DNA of 64,000 nucleotides, from positions 51,026,001 to 51,090,000 of the forward strand of contig OZ024744.1 of the NCBI GenBank assembly GCA_964016885.1, written 5' to 3'. Shown piece after piece: positions 24,860-36,900 of this stretch. Origin of the DNA: Eledone cirrhosa. Taxonomy: Eukaryota. The first letter of the stretch is position 1. Every line of letters starts with the position of its first letter. The position numbers and the translations under genes are program-made. Under the pieces are notes generated by a model that saw only the letters and a list, made by a program, of their open reading frames with translations, was not told the origin of the DNA and did no database searches.

Positions 24860-25697
24860 AAATTAAGATAAATAAAATGAATTTAATCTAAATCAAAATT
24901 ATGGGTGTCATGCCAGAAAGACATGCGTCATATCACCCGGAAAATAAGCTCTAAGATTCTAACGAGTAGGTCCGAGCATTTTATAATAACTAGAAATTGA
25001 TTAACATATATATAAACATGAATAATCACAGGAGATAATTTTTACAAGTGTGTAACCACACATAGCTAGGTAGGTAACTAAATAAAGTTGACTAGAACTT
25101 CAAAAATAAATACTTTATAATATGATTAATCTTCCCTGTATATATTCCATTAAAGAAATATATTTCACCAATTAATCAGATGGTAAACCACGGAAGTGGA
25201 GATTTGGATTTTCAACAAGGAAGAAATTTCCAGCCATCCGCGCTTACACTTCAAGTTCAAATCTGCAACTGGCTATTACCACGTGTAGTATTTACTATAA
25301 ATACACACATCATAGTAGCTTCGTCCCAGTGGCGTGAATAGGGTTATCGACAACTAGAAACAGCAGTCGAGTCCTTTCAACAGAGTTAGCTCTGCAATTA
25401 AGGAGCCATATTTATATATCTCTATCCAAAATTAAGATAAATTAAATGAATTTAATCTAAATCAAAATTATGGGTGTCATGCCAGAAAGACATGCGCCAT
25501 ATCACCCGGAATATAAGCTCTAAGATTCTAACGAGTAGGTCCGAGCATTTTATAACAACTAGAAATTGATTAACATATATATAAACATGAATAATCACAG
25601 GAGATAATTTTAACAAGTGTGTAACCACACATAGCTAGGTAGGTAACTTAATAAAGTTGACTAGAACTTCAAAAATAGATACCTTATAATATGATTA
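24858..25697. repeat. Tandem repeat, 569-bp unit, about 1.5 copies, between (TA)n tracts
   Basis: caaaattaagata at 24858 and 25427, with about 270 bp of near-identity. Confidence 0.9.
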
Positions 25698-25718
25698 TAT
25701 ATATATATATATATATAT

Positions 25719-28700
25719 ATACATTATGAAGAGAGAAGAAACATTTAGATATAATTAGTAATAAAATGTATCATACCTAAACTGTTCCTAAATTCCTCGA
25801 CTACGTAGTTTCGTGGCATAAACAAAAACAATATATCAAAGATATAGAGTCCTTGCGAGGTCTGCCGACTTATCAAGAGGATACCTCATTTTACTAGTCT
25901 CAAGAACGCGTCTACACGACGTGAGAAAGAATCCCAAAAGGCGGAGGGGGAGATAGTCACGCGATATAACGGTCGAGAAACAGAGCTAAGCCTCTTATAA
26001 CCACGAAAAAAATACCACGGAGGCGGAGGGGGTATTCATATCGAGGCCGTAGAAGAGGTAGTGAAGAAGGCGAGAAGTATGAGTAATGGAAGCTTTCCAG
26101 TTGTCCCCACACTTCAAAGATTGCTCGACCAGAGGGAGTTATTAATACATTTAGAAACACACAGATACACGCGGACACACACATATATACATGAATGCAT
26201 CCGCACCCAACTGTGAGTTAAGGGTGCCAACTTCACCGATGTTGCTCAATGAATGACTGGGACAGACCAATTCAGTTTGAACCAGACTGAACCAGTATCA
26301 GAGTTAAAAATACATTATGAAGAGAGAAGAAACATTTAGATATAATTAGTAATAAAATGTATCATACCTAAACTGTTCCTAAATTCCTCGACAACGTAGT
26401 TTCGTGGCATAAACAAAAACAATATATCAAAGATATAGAGTCCTTGCGAGGTCTGCCGACTTATCAAGAGGATACCTCATTTTACTAGTCTCAAGAACGC
26501 GTCTACACGACGTGAGAAAGAATCCCAAAAGGCGGAGGGGGAGATAGTCACGCGATATAACGGTCGAGAAACAGAGCTAAGCCTCTTATAACCACGAAAA
26601 AAATACCACGGAGGCGGAGGGGGTATTCATATCGAGGCCGTAGAAGAGGTAGTGAAGAAGGCGAGAAGTATGAGTAATGGAAGCTTTCCAGTTGTCCCCA
26701 CACTTCAAAGATTGCTCGACCAGAGGGAGTTATTAATACATTTAGAAACACACAGATACACGCGGACACACACATATATACATGAATGCATCCGCACCCA
26801 ACTGTGAGTTAAGGGTGCCAACTTCACCGATGTTGCTCAATGAATGACTGGGACAGACCAATTCAGTTTGAACCAGACTGAACCAGTATCAGAGTTAAAA
26901 ATACATTATGAAGAGAGAAGAAACATTTAGATATAATTAGTAATAAAATGTATCATACCTAAACTGTTCCTAAATTCCTCGACTACGTAGTTTCGTGGCA
27001 TAAACAAAAACAATATATCAAAGATATAAAGTCCTTGCAATATATCAAAGATATAGAGTCCTTGCGAGGTCTGCCGACATCGGTGAAGTTGGCACCCTTA
27101 ACTCACAGTTGGGTGCGGATGCATTCATGTATATATGTGTGTGTCCGCGTGTATCTGTGTGTTTCTAAATGTATTAATAACTCCCTCTGGTCGAGCAATC
27201 TTTGAAGTGTGGGGACAACTGGAAAGCTTCCATTACTCATACTTCTCGCCTTCTTCACTACCTCTTCTACGGCCTCGATATGAATACCCCCTCCGCCTCC
27301 GTGGTATTTTTTTCGTGGTTATAAGAGGCTTAGCTCTGTTTCTCGACCGTTATATCGCGTGACTATCTCCCCCTCCGCCTTTTGGGATTCTTTCTCACGT
27401 CGTGTAGACGCGTTCTTGAGACTAGTAAAATGAGGTATCCTCTTGATAAGTCGGCAGACCTCGCAAGGACTCTATATCTTTGATATATTGTTTTTGTTTA
27501 TGCCACGAAACTACGTAGTCGAGGAATTTAGGAACAGTTTAGGTATGATACATTTTATTACTAATTATATCTAAATGTTTCTTCTCTCTTCATAATGTAT
27601 TTTTAACTCTGATACTGGTTCAGTCTGGTTCAAACTGAATTGGTCTGTCCCAGTCATTCATTGAGCAACATCGGTGAAGTTGGTACCCTTAACTCACAGT
27701 TGGGTGCGGATGCATTCATGTATATATGTGTGTGTCCGCGTGTATCTGTGTGTTTCTAAATGTATTAATAACTCCCTCTGGTCGAGCAATCTTTGAAGTG
27801 TGGGGACAACTGGAAAGCTTCCATTACTCATACTTCTCGCCTTCTTCACTACCTCTTCTACGGCCTCGATATGAATACCCCCTCCGCCTCCGTGGTATTT
27901 TTTTCGTGGTTATAAGAGGCTTAGCTCTGTTTCTCGACCGTTATATCGCGTGACTATCTCCCCCTCCGCCTTTTGGGATTCTTTCTCACGTCGTGTAGAC
28001 GCGTTCTTGAGACTAGTAAAATGAGGTATCCTCTTGATAAGTCGGCAGACCTCGCAAGGACTCTATATCTTTGATATATTGTTTTTGTTTATGCCACGAA
28101 ACTACGTAGTCGAGGAATTTAGGAACAGTTTAGGTATGATACATTTTATTACTAATTATATCTAAATGTTTCTTCTCTCTTCATAATGTATTTTTAACTC
28201 TGATACTGGTTCAGTCTGGTTCAAACTGAATTGGTCTGTCCCAGTCATTCATTGAGCAACATCGGTGAAGTTGGCACCCTTAACTCACAGTTGGGTGCGG
28301 ATGCATTCATGTATATATGTGTGTGTCCGCGTGTATCTGTGTGTTTCTAAATGTATTAATAACTCCCTCTGGTCGAGCAATCTTTGAAGTGTGGGGACAA
28401 CTGGAAAGCTTCCATTACTCATACTTCTCGCCTTCTTCACTACCTCTTCTACGGCCTCGATATGAATACCCCCTCCGCCTCCGTGGTATTTTTTTCGTGG
28501 TTATAAGAGGCTTAGCTCTGTTTCTCGACCGTTATATCGCGTGACTATCTCCCCCTCCGCCTTTTGGGATTCTTTCTCACGTCGTGTAGACGCGTTCTTG
28601 AGACTAGTAAAATGAGGTATCCTCTTGATAAGTCGGCAGACCTCGCAAGGACTCTATATCTTTGATATATTGTTTTTTGTTTATGCCACGAAACTACGTA

Positions 28701-31310
28701 GTCGAGGAATTTAGGAACAGTTTAGGTATGATACATTTTATTACTAATTATATCTAAATGTTTCTTCTCTCTTCATAATGTATTTTTAACTCTGATACTG
28801 GTTCAGTCTGGTTCAAACTGAATTGGTCTGTCCCAGTCATTCATTGAGCAACATCGGTGAAGTTGGCACCCTTAACTCACAGTTGGGTGCGGATGCATTC
28901 ATGTATATATGTGTGTGTCCGCGTGTATCTGTGTGTTTCTAAATGTATTAATAACTCCCTCTGGTCGAGCAATCTTTGAAGTGTGGGGACAACTGGAAAG
29001 CTTCCATTACTCATACTTCTCGCCTTCTTCACTACCTCTTCTACGGCCTCGATATGAATACCCCCTCCGCCTCCGTGGTATTTTTTTCGTGGTTATAAGA
29101 GGCTTAGCTCTGTTTCTCGACCGTTATATCGCGTGACTATCTCCCCCTCCGCCTTTTGGGATTCTTTCTCACGTCGTGTAGACGCGTTCTTGAGACTAGT
29201 AAAATGAGGTATCCTCTTGATAAGTCGGCAGACCTCGCAAGGACTCTATATCTTTGATATATTGTTTTTGTTTATGCCACGAAACTACGTAGTCGAGGAA
29301 TTTAGGAACAGTTTAGGTATGATACATTTTATTACTAATTATATCTAAATGTTTCTTCTCTCTTCATAATGTATTTTTAACTCTGATACTGGTTCAGTCT
29401 GGTTCAAACTGAATTGGTCTGTCCCAGTCATTCATTGAGCAACATCGGTGAAGTTGGTACCCTTAACTCACAGTTGGGTGCGGATGCATTCATGTATATA
29501 TGTGTGTGTCCGCGTGTATCTGTGTGTTTCTAAATGTATTAATAACTCCCTCTGGTCGAGCAATCTTTGAAGTGTGGGGACAACTGGAAAGCTTCCATTA
29601 CTCATACTTCTCGCCTTCTTCACTACCTCTTCTACGGCCTCGATATGAATACCCCCTCCGCCTCCGTGGTATTTTTTTCGTGGTTATAAGAGGCTTAGCT
29701 CTGTTTCTCGACCGTTATATCGCGTGACTATCTCCCCCTCCGCCTTTTGGGATTCTTTCTCACGTCGTGTAGACGCGTTCTTGAGACTAGTAAAATGAGG
29801 TATCCTCTTGATAAGTCGGCAGACCTCGCAAGGACTCTATATCTTTGATATATTGTTTTTGTTTATGCCACGAAACTACGTAGTCGAGGAATTTAGGAAC
29901 AGTTTAGGTATGATACATTTTATTACTAATTATATCTAAATGTTTCTTCTCTCTTCATAATGTATTTTTAACTCTGATACTGGTTCAGTCTGGTTCAAAC
30001 TGAATTGGTCTGTCCCAGTCATTCATTGAGCAACATCGGTGAAGTTGGCACCCTTAACTCACAGTTGGGTGCGGATGCATTCATGTATATATGTGTGTGT
30101 CCGCGTGTATCTGTGTGTTTCTAAATGTATTAATAACTCCCTCTGGTCGAGCAATCTTTGAAGTGTGGGGACAACTGGAAAGCTTCCATTACTCATACTT
30201 CTCGCCTTCTTCACTACCTCTTCTACGGCCTCGATATGAATACCCCCTCCGCCTCCGTGGTATTTTTTTCGTGGTTATAAGAGGCTTAGCTCTGTTTCTC
30301 GACCGTTATATCGCGTGACTATCTCCCCCTCCGCCTTTTGGGATTCTTTCTCACGTCGTGTAGACGCGTTCTTGAGACTAGTAAAATGAGGTATCCTCTT
30401 GATAAGTCGGCAGACCTCGCAAGGACTCTATATCTTTGATATATTGTTTTTTGTTTATGCCACGAAACTACGTAGTCGAGGAATTTAGGAACAGTTTAGG
30501 TATGATACATTTTATTACTAATTATATCTAAATGTTTCTTCTCTCTTCATAATGTATTTTTAACTCTGATACTGGTTCAGTCTGGTTCAAACTGAATTGG
30601 TCTGTCCCAGTCATTCATTGAGCAACATCGGTGAAGTTGGCACCCTTAACTCACAGTTGGGTGCGGATGCATTCATGTATATATGTGTGTGTCCGCGTGT
30701 ATCTGTGTGTTTCTAAATGTATTAATAACTCCCTCTGGTCGAGCAATCTTTGAAGTGTGGGGACAACTGGAAAGCTTCCATTACTCATACTTCTCGCCTT
30801 CTTCACTACATCTTCTACGGCCTCGATATGAATACCCCCTCCGCCTCCGTGGTATTTTTTTCGTGGTTATAAGAGGCTTAGCTCTGTTTCTCGACCGTTA
30901 TATCGCGTGACTATCTCCCCCTCCGCCTTTTGGGATTCTTTCTCACGTCGTGTAGACGCGTTCTTGAGACTAGTAAAATGAGGTATCCTCTTGATAAGTC
31001 GGCAGACCTCGCAAGGACTCTATATCTTTGATATATTGTTTTTGTTTATGCCACGAAACTACGTAGTCGAGGAATTTAGGAACAGTTTAGGTATGATACA
31101 TTTTATTACTAATTATATCTAAATGTTTCTTCTCTCTTCATAATGTATTTTTAACTCTGATACTGGTTCAGTCTGGTTCAAACTGAATTGGTCTGTCCCA
31201 GTCATTCATTGAGCAACATCGGTGAAGTTGGCACCCTTAACTCACAGTTGGGTGCGGATGCATTCATGTATATATGTGTGTGTCCGCGTGTATCTGTGTG
31301 TTTCTAAATG

Positions 31311-31314
<4 letters not shown>
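25719..31314. mobile_element. Retrozyme-like inverted tandem array, 591-bp monomer: about 2.3 copies (-) and 7.2 copies (+)
   Basis: Period 591/592. Junction at about 27078 is preceded by a 27-bp duplication. Variant hammerhead in every unit, with TTGATAA starting at 27443, 28034, 28625, 29217, 29808, 30399 and 30991 (+), and full motifs at 25794-25881 and 26385-26472 (-). (TA)n on both sides. Confidence 0.93.
27438..27525 (+). ncRNA. Type I hammerhead with U3-A8 variant core (representative of 9 copies)
   Basis: TCCTC | TTGATAA | GTcGGCA...TGCCAC | GAAAC-TACGTA-GTC^ | GAGGA. Predicted cleavage after 27520. Confidence 0.85.
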
Positions 31315-31349
<35 letters not shown>

Positions 31350-31469
31350 TATATATACGTATACATACTTATATTTAAGTATGTATACGTATATATCACT
31401 TTTTCCATATATATATATATATATATGTGTATATATATATGTATATATATATATATATATGGTAATATG

Positions 31470-32042
31470 TATCCCAATACAACCTGTCTCATGGTCGGGT
31501 CGTTGGCGACTAAACTGGCAACCCCACCAAGGTTTCTTGGTGAGGAGGGTGACTTTGGACATGCTGCAGGACTAAAAAAAACCTGTCTAAGGGCAAAGGA
31601 GCTCTTAAGAGTCAATGGCCATCCAAAATCACCGGGAGAGATGACCCCTTAGCCATTGTCAAGGCAGAATTCTAGGAGAAGGAAAACTCTGATATAACAC
31701 CTGCAACCCTGATGGTATCCAATGATGTTGACTTGTTCTTCTTTTTGGTAAATATCATCTTGGTTAAGAGAGTGGGACTGGCTTTGTGCAGTGCCTTTGT
31801 TCACTATAAAAGCTTCACGGCACAGGCATTGCTTTATATCTGGAGATCTCTCTGCACTTGTTGTTACATGGTACCATGGGCCCAGCACTATGTGTCAATA
31901 ATTGTCACAAGTGTAGTGTTTGTACCATAGTTCTCAAGTTGTTGGCTGGATTAAAACGTCACACTTGTTCAGCGCATCGGTAGGGGTTCTTCTACATGGA
32001 TATAAAGTAGTGGCCGTACTCGAAAACGAGTTGGCAGCCACC
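31470..32042. mobile_element. Possible decayed LINE (RTE-like) UTR/endonuclease fragments
   Basis: Weak resemblance only (actggcaacccc motif; minus-strand VAANS-like stretch). No intact motif. Confidence 0.25.
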
Positions 32043-32078
32043 ATATATATATATATATATATATGTGTGTATATACAT

Positions 32079-32124
<46 letters not shown>

Positions 32125-32669
32125 ATATAGTTAGAAGCTTTCGCCGTATTTTGACTAAAATTTTGGAAAAAATTGAAAAAGATTAGTATTGACATAACAC
32201 ACACAAACACACACACACACACACACGCGCGCGCGCGCACTCACATATATATATAAATACAGGAAAATATACATATATACAGCAGAAAAGCCACTTATTA
32301 TAATCCTGGTGGTGTTAATATTGCATTCAGCACTGTCGTATGGTGGCGTCTATAGATCTGGATTGACGAACTACTTGAAGTCACATGAGCTATAGTCAAG
32401 TACTTCCAAGTGCCACACCTGTAATCAAACCTGTCGGTGAAAATCAGGTTTTACAAGAGACATTAGTTTGGCACATACCAACGGTCAACAAGAACTCCCT
32501 ATATTGATGGCATACAGCTGTGGGGTCAGTGATACAACCGTCAGGTCAACAGCAAATGACCTTAAAAGTTGCCTTATTGCTCACGACAGAAAGAAACCAC
32601 ACCTGTTTGTTATAGGAAGAAGGACCGGAGCGTAAATTAAATGGTGGCCATATTCGACGACAAGAGGAC

Positions 32670-32855
32670 TGGTGGAATGGCAGTATCGGTAGAGGGTCGG
32701 ACGCCATGCTTTGCAGCAAAGAGTTACGGCCCTTGCCATTTTGAGTTCAATTCCCGCCGAGGTTAACTTTGCCTTTCATCCTTACGGAGTCGATAAAATA
32801 AAGTACCAGTAATACACTGGTTAATTGGTGGCGTTGTGCCTAAAGTAGAAGCAAT
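32670..32855 (+). mobile_element. tRNA-derived SINE (octopus OR2-like)
   Basis: A box TGGCAGTATCGG, B-box-like GAGTTCAATTCC, and body gccgaggttaactttgcctttcatcc..gtcgataaaataaagtaccag. Confidence 0.8.
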
Positions 32856-32920
32856 TTTATAAATATATAAATATATTTGTATCTATGTATGTATGTCAAT
32901 CTATCACTCTATCATGCACT

Positions 32921-33021
<101 letters not shown>

Positions 33022-33029
33022 CATTCAGA

Positions 33030-33445
33030 TGTTATATATATATATATGAATGTATATACAGTGTATTTTGCAATACACTGTATGCTTAATTAAAAACATT
33101 TTGAAGATCTTACGCTATTGTTTTAAAGCAGTGACTATGTCACTTACTTCTTTTTTCAACAAACAAAGGGAGATAAGCTGACACAGTTCCTGATTATTAC
33201 TGGAATTCTACAAGAATCCAACATTCATAATTTTCAACAAACAAGAGGAGTGCTAAGCTCTGAGGAATACCAACAGTATGAAACAGAGATCTGTCAGCTT
33301 TTCTCCCTTTGTTTGTTGAAAAAAAGATGAAGTAAGTGACATAGTCACTACTTTAAAACAATAGCGTATGGTCTTCAAAATGCTTTTAATTAAGCATACA
33401 GTGTATTGCAAAATACACTGTATATACATTCATATATATATATCG
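33030..33445. repeat. Inverted repeat with arms of about 150 bp (pLTR-like fold-back) containing a hammerhead
   Basis: 33030-33183 mirrors 33293-33445. Confidence 0.85.
33255..33300 (+). ncRNA. Compact type I hammerhead
   Basis: AAGCT | CTGAGGA | ATAC-caaca-GTAT | GAAACAGA-ga-TCTGTC^ | AGCTT. Confidence 0.9.
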
Positions 33446-33461
33446 CTATTTCAGAATTCTA

Positions 33462-33503
<42 letters not shown>

Positions 33504-33728
33504 ATAATAATAAATTTGAAGACTAAAATCCAAAGAGGGCTCAATAAGGATAAATATATATCAAATATATAAGAACCGTAGAGCAAGTTTAAGAAAAGAA
33601 TCGCTGTTTTCACCCTTAACGTATTCACATTTATTTAAAGGCTCGATAAAATAAAGTACCAGTAATACACTGGGATAATTGCTGGCCTTGTTCCAAAAGT
33701 AGAAACAATTATTATTATTATCTCTATA

Positions 33729-33915
33729 TGGCGGTGGATTGGCAGTATCGGTAGAGTTTCGAAGGCCATGCTCTCCAGCATAGTTACGTCCCTTTACGAT
33801 CTGAGTTCAAATCCCGCCGAGGTTGACTTTGCCTTTCATCCTTACGGGGTCGATAAAATAAAGTACCAGTAATGCACTGGGTAATTGCTGGCCTTGTGCC
33901 TAAAGTAGAAACAAT
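33729..33915 (+). mobile_element. tRNA-derived SINE (octopus OR2-like); a partial tail also at 33643-33712
   Basis: A box TGGCAGTATCGG, B box GAGTTCAAATCC, and tail gtgcctaaagtagaaacaatt. Confidence 0.82.
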
Positions 33916-33929
33916 TATTATCTCTCTAT

Positions 33930-36900
33930 ATATAGTAATAATAAATTTGAAGACTAAAATCCAAAGAGGGTTCGATAAGGATAAATATATATCAAATATA
34001 TAAGAACCATAGAGCAAATATTTATTAAAATAACAGATTAAAGTTTAAGCAAAGAATCGAAGCTTTCACTCTTAACGGGATCTTCTGAAACAAAAAAAGT
34101 CTATCTGTGAACGCAGAAGTAAATATTTCAAAAAACGTTGCAACCGAAGGAAGACAGGAAGACGATACTTTGGTTCGTGGAAACGTTCCCTGGCAAAGAA
34201 CAGAAAAAAACGACGATAATACGAAGATAAAACGTCATGTGGATCGATGAGAACAATTACACGCAAAGACAAAACCACGTTTATGGTATAAATGAAGTCG
34301 TAGACTAATATTCTCTTAGGTGGAGACGTTCTCTGGCAAAGAACGGAAAAAACGAAGATAATACGTCATTATGTCGATCACTGAAAACAATTACACGCAA
34401 AGACAAAACCACGTAAATGGTATAACTGAAGTCGTCGACTAAAATTCTATTTAGGAAACCGAATGATTCTCGGCTTCAGAGTTAAGAATAAAGTAAATAA
34501 AATACTGAGGTAATTGAAATTAAATATATACATACACGCATCCAAATACACAAGCATACGCGAAAACACTCGCCATGGGTATGTAAATACAAGCACGTAC
34601 AAATAAAAAAAAACCCGCACGTACAAACAGAACCCACGCAACGCCTGTACCCGCACACATACGAACGTATACACCAAATACACATCAAAATATATATATA
34701 AAAAATATATATATATATATGTGTGTGTGTGTGCGTGTATACATAATTAAATAAACGTATATAAATATACACACATATATACGTATATAACGCGCGCACA
34801 CACCTACATGTAAATACACATCTGTTCGCGGACGTACGTCAACCAAAACACAAAGTACACATATACACACACCCTACATACGTACGAACCCGCATACTCA
34901 CACAGAGGCAAAACTCACGTATACACATAACCAAATGCACATGTACCAGTATATATAATATATACGCCATAAGATATACAAGCAAATATACGTACGGGAA
35001 AGTATACGTACCTTCACAAAACATACAGGTAATATATACTTACCTATATAAATAAGTAATGGTATAAAGATAACATATACTTAGCTACCACATCAAGACG
35101 TAAAATATCCGCGTATAGCTCGTACTATCCGTTAGCGTATAATGTGGGGCTGTAATACAGGAAAGTTTTGTGCAATTGATGTTTACAAGCCGAAATTGCC
35201 TCAGATTTTTTGTTTAAGATGTGGTCTTTGGCGTAGAGTATTTCCCGGGCCTCATCGGCGCAGAGGTCACATGGTCTTTTATTTCCGTTATACGATCTAG
35301 CCTCAGCTAGGATATCCCAGTGTAACTTATATTGGATGTGTGGTAGTCTTTTAGACTCCAGATATAAGCTGAAAGTGACGTCATATTTCTTCTTAAAGGG
35401 TTAAGAAAAGAATGGGTATGCATGTAAAGACGCTGCTTGAATTCATTGGCGGTTAACCCTATGTAGGCCCTACGGGTCGTGGGTGTTTCAACCTTACATT
35501 TATAGACAATGTTACTAGAGAGGCATTTCCCAGATAGGGGCAGTCAACCCGATTCCTACAATTACAGTTAGTACTAGCTACAGGGTTTCACGTGTTCCTA
35601 CGGCTAGGTAATTTAGCTAAATTTGAAGCTGTGATGTTATGTGCAAGGTTAGGAGTCGTAGAGTAAGATATTTTAATGGTATTTCTATTAAAATTTTTAC
35701 TATATTTATGTGCTGGGGAGAAATGCTTCATAATAAAGGAGAGAAAGATCTTAGCTAATAGTGTGGCCACCTCCATATTATATGGTGGGACCATATAATC
35801 CGCCGGGATCTATTTTTCCTAGGTCTATTTTCGTACTCAGTATAAGCTACCTTATCGACAAATCCACTCCGAGCAAGAGCTTCATTGTAATACGTGGAAT
35901 GGTCGGTGAAAATATGCTCGTTTGTAGATAGACGGGAAAGCCGCAAAGAAACGTTTCTTACCAGGTTATTGGTTATGCTGGCAGGATGGTTAGAATTCTT
36001 ACTTATGTAATTAAGCGTATCATTCGGCTTTGTATACGGGTAGTGCAAGCCATTCGACAAATTGAGGGTAACGTCGAGGTAATTAACGACCGAGAGGTTG
36101 GCCTCAACCTGTATGGAGAGGTTGAAGCCTTTAAAGAAGGCTGTGAGTTCTTTTCTGAACCTGTCGCAAGCACGTGGGCCGCACTTTGTCATGGTCAAAA
36201 GACCGTCATCACGGTACAAACCACCGCCCACGTTGGAGAATTCTTCCTTGATAGAGAAAAGAAGGAAAAGGCCGATAAGATCAGTAACCTCCTCAGAATC
36301 GCTGGCGCCCATACTCACATCGAATGGGGTACTATTAGATTTTTTAATCCAAATAGAGTCGTCGAAATTAATCACCGACTTACGGGCACTGAGGATGACA
36401 TCAACTTCGAAATCCTTAACCACTATGAATGTTTTAGCGAAATTGATAGCTCTAAGAAGAAGTGGTAAAGTGATGGAGGAGTAGTAATTATTGATGTCGA
36501 ATTGGATAAAACGGCAATGTTCCTTGTTGCATATGCCGTTGAACCAATCAATCGCCGCGAAAGAATTGTTCCACAGTGCAGGAGGGGCCAAACTTCTAAT
36601 TTCAGGTATAATTCTATCTAAAATCCTTTTACTAAGTCTACCTAAATCGGACTTCGTAGGGTTAATAAGCCGAATAGAGGGGTTGTTCGGGAAATTGGAT
36701 TTGTGATCCTTCAGGGTAAAGTGGGGAGAAATAGGTTTCAGAGGTTCGGTCCGGTCCAGAATGTTGAGATCAGAGGTGATTTTAAACCCAGCATCGTTGA
36801 TTTCATTAATGACGCACCGATTAGTTTTACGGTAATCCTTAGTTACAACATTATGTAGTAGTTGATGGTAAGTACTGCGCTCCACTTGATATAGGTTGCC

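Noticed and set aside
21537-31314. CRISPR array, rDNA/snRNA cluster or plain satellite
   Set aside because: No unique spacers and no rRNA or snRNA similarity that I recognise. One ribozyme per unit, the inversion and the flanking duplication fit mobile RNA-derived arrays better.
25719-31314. Second, opposite-polarity ribozyme (viroid or obelisk-like ambisense design)
   Set aside because: No hammerhead found by eye on the antisense strand of the 591- or 466-bp monomers. Other ribozyme classes were not excluded.
33729-33830. tRNA gene
   Set aside because: A and B boxes are present but there is no cloverleaf; this is a SINE head.
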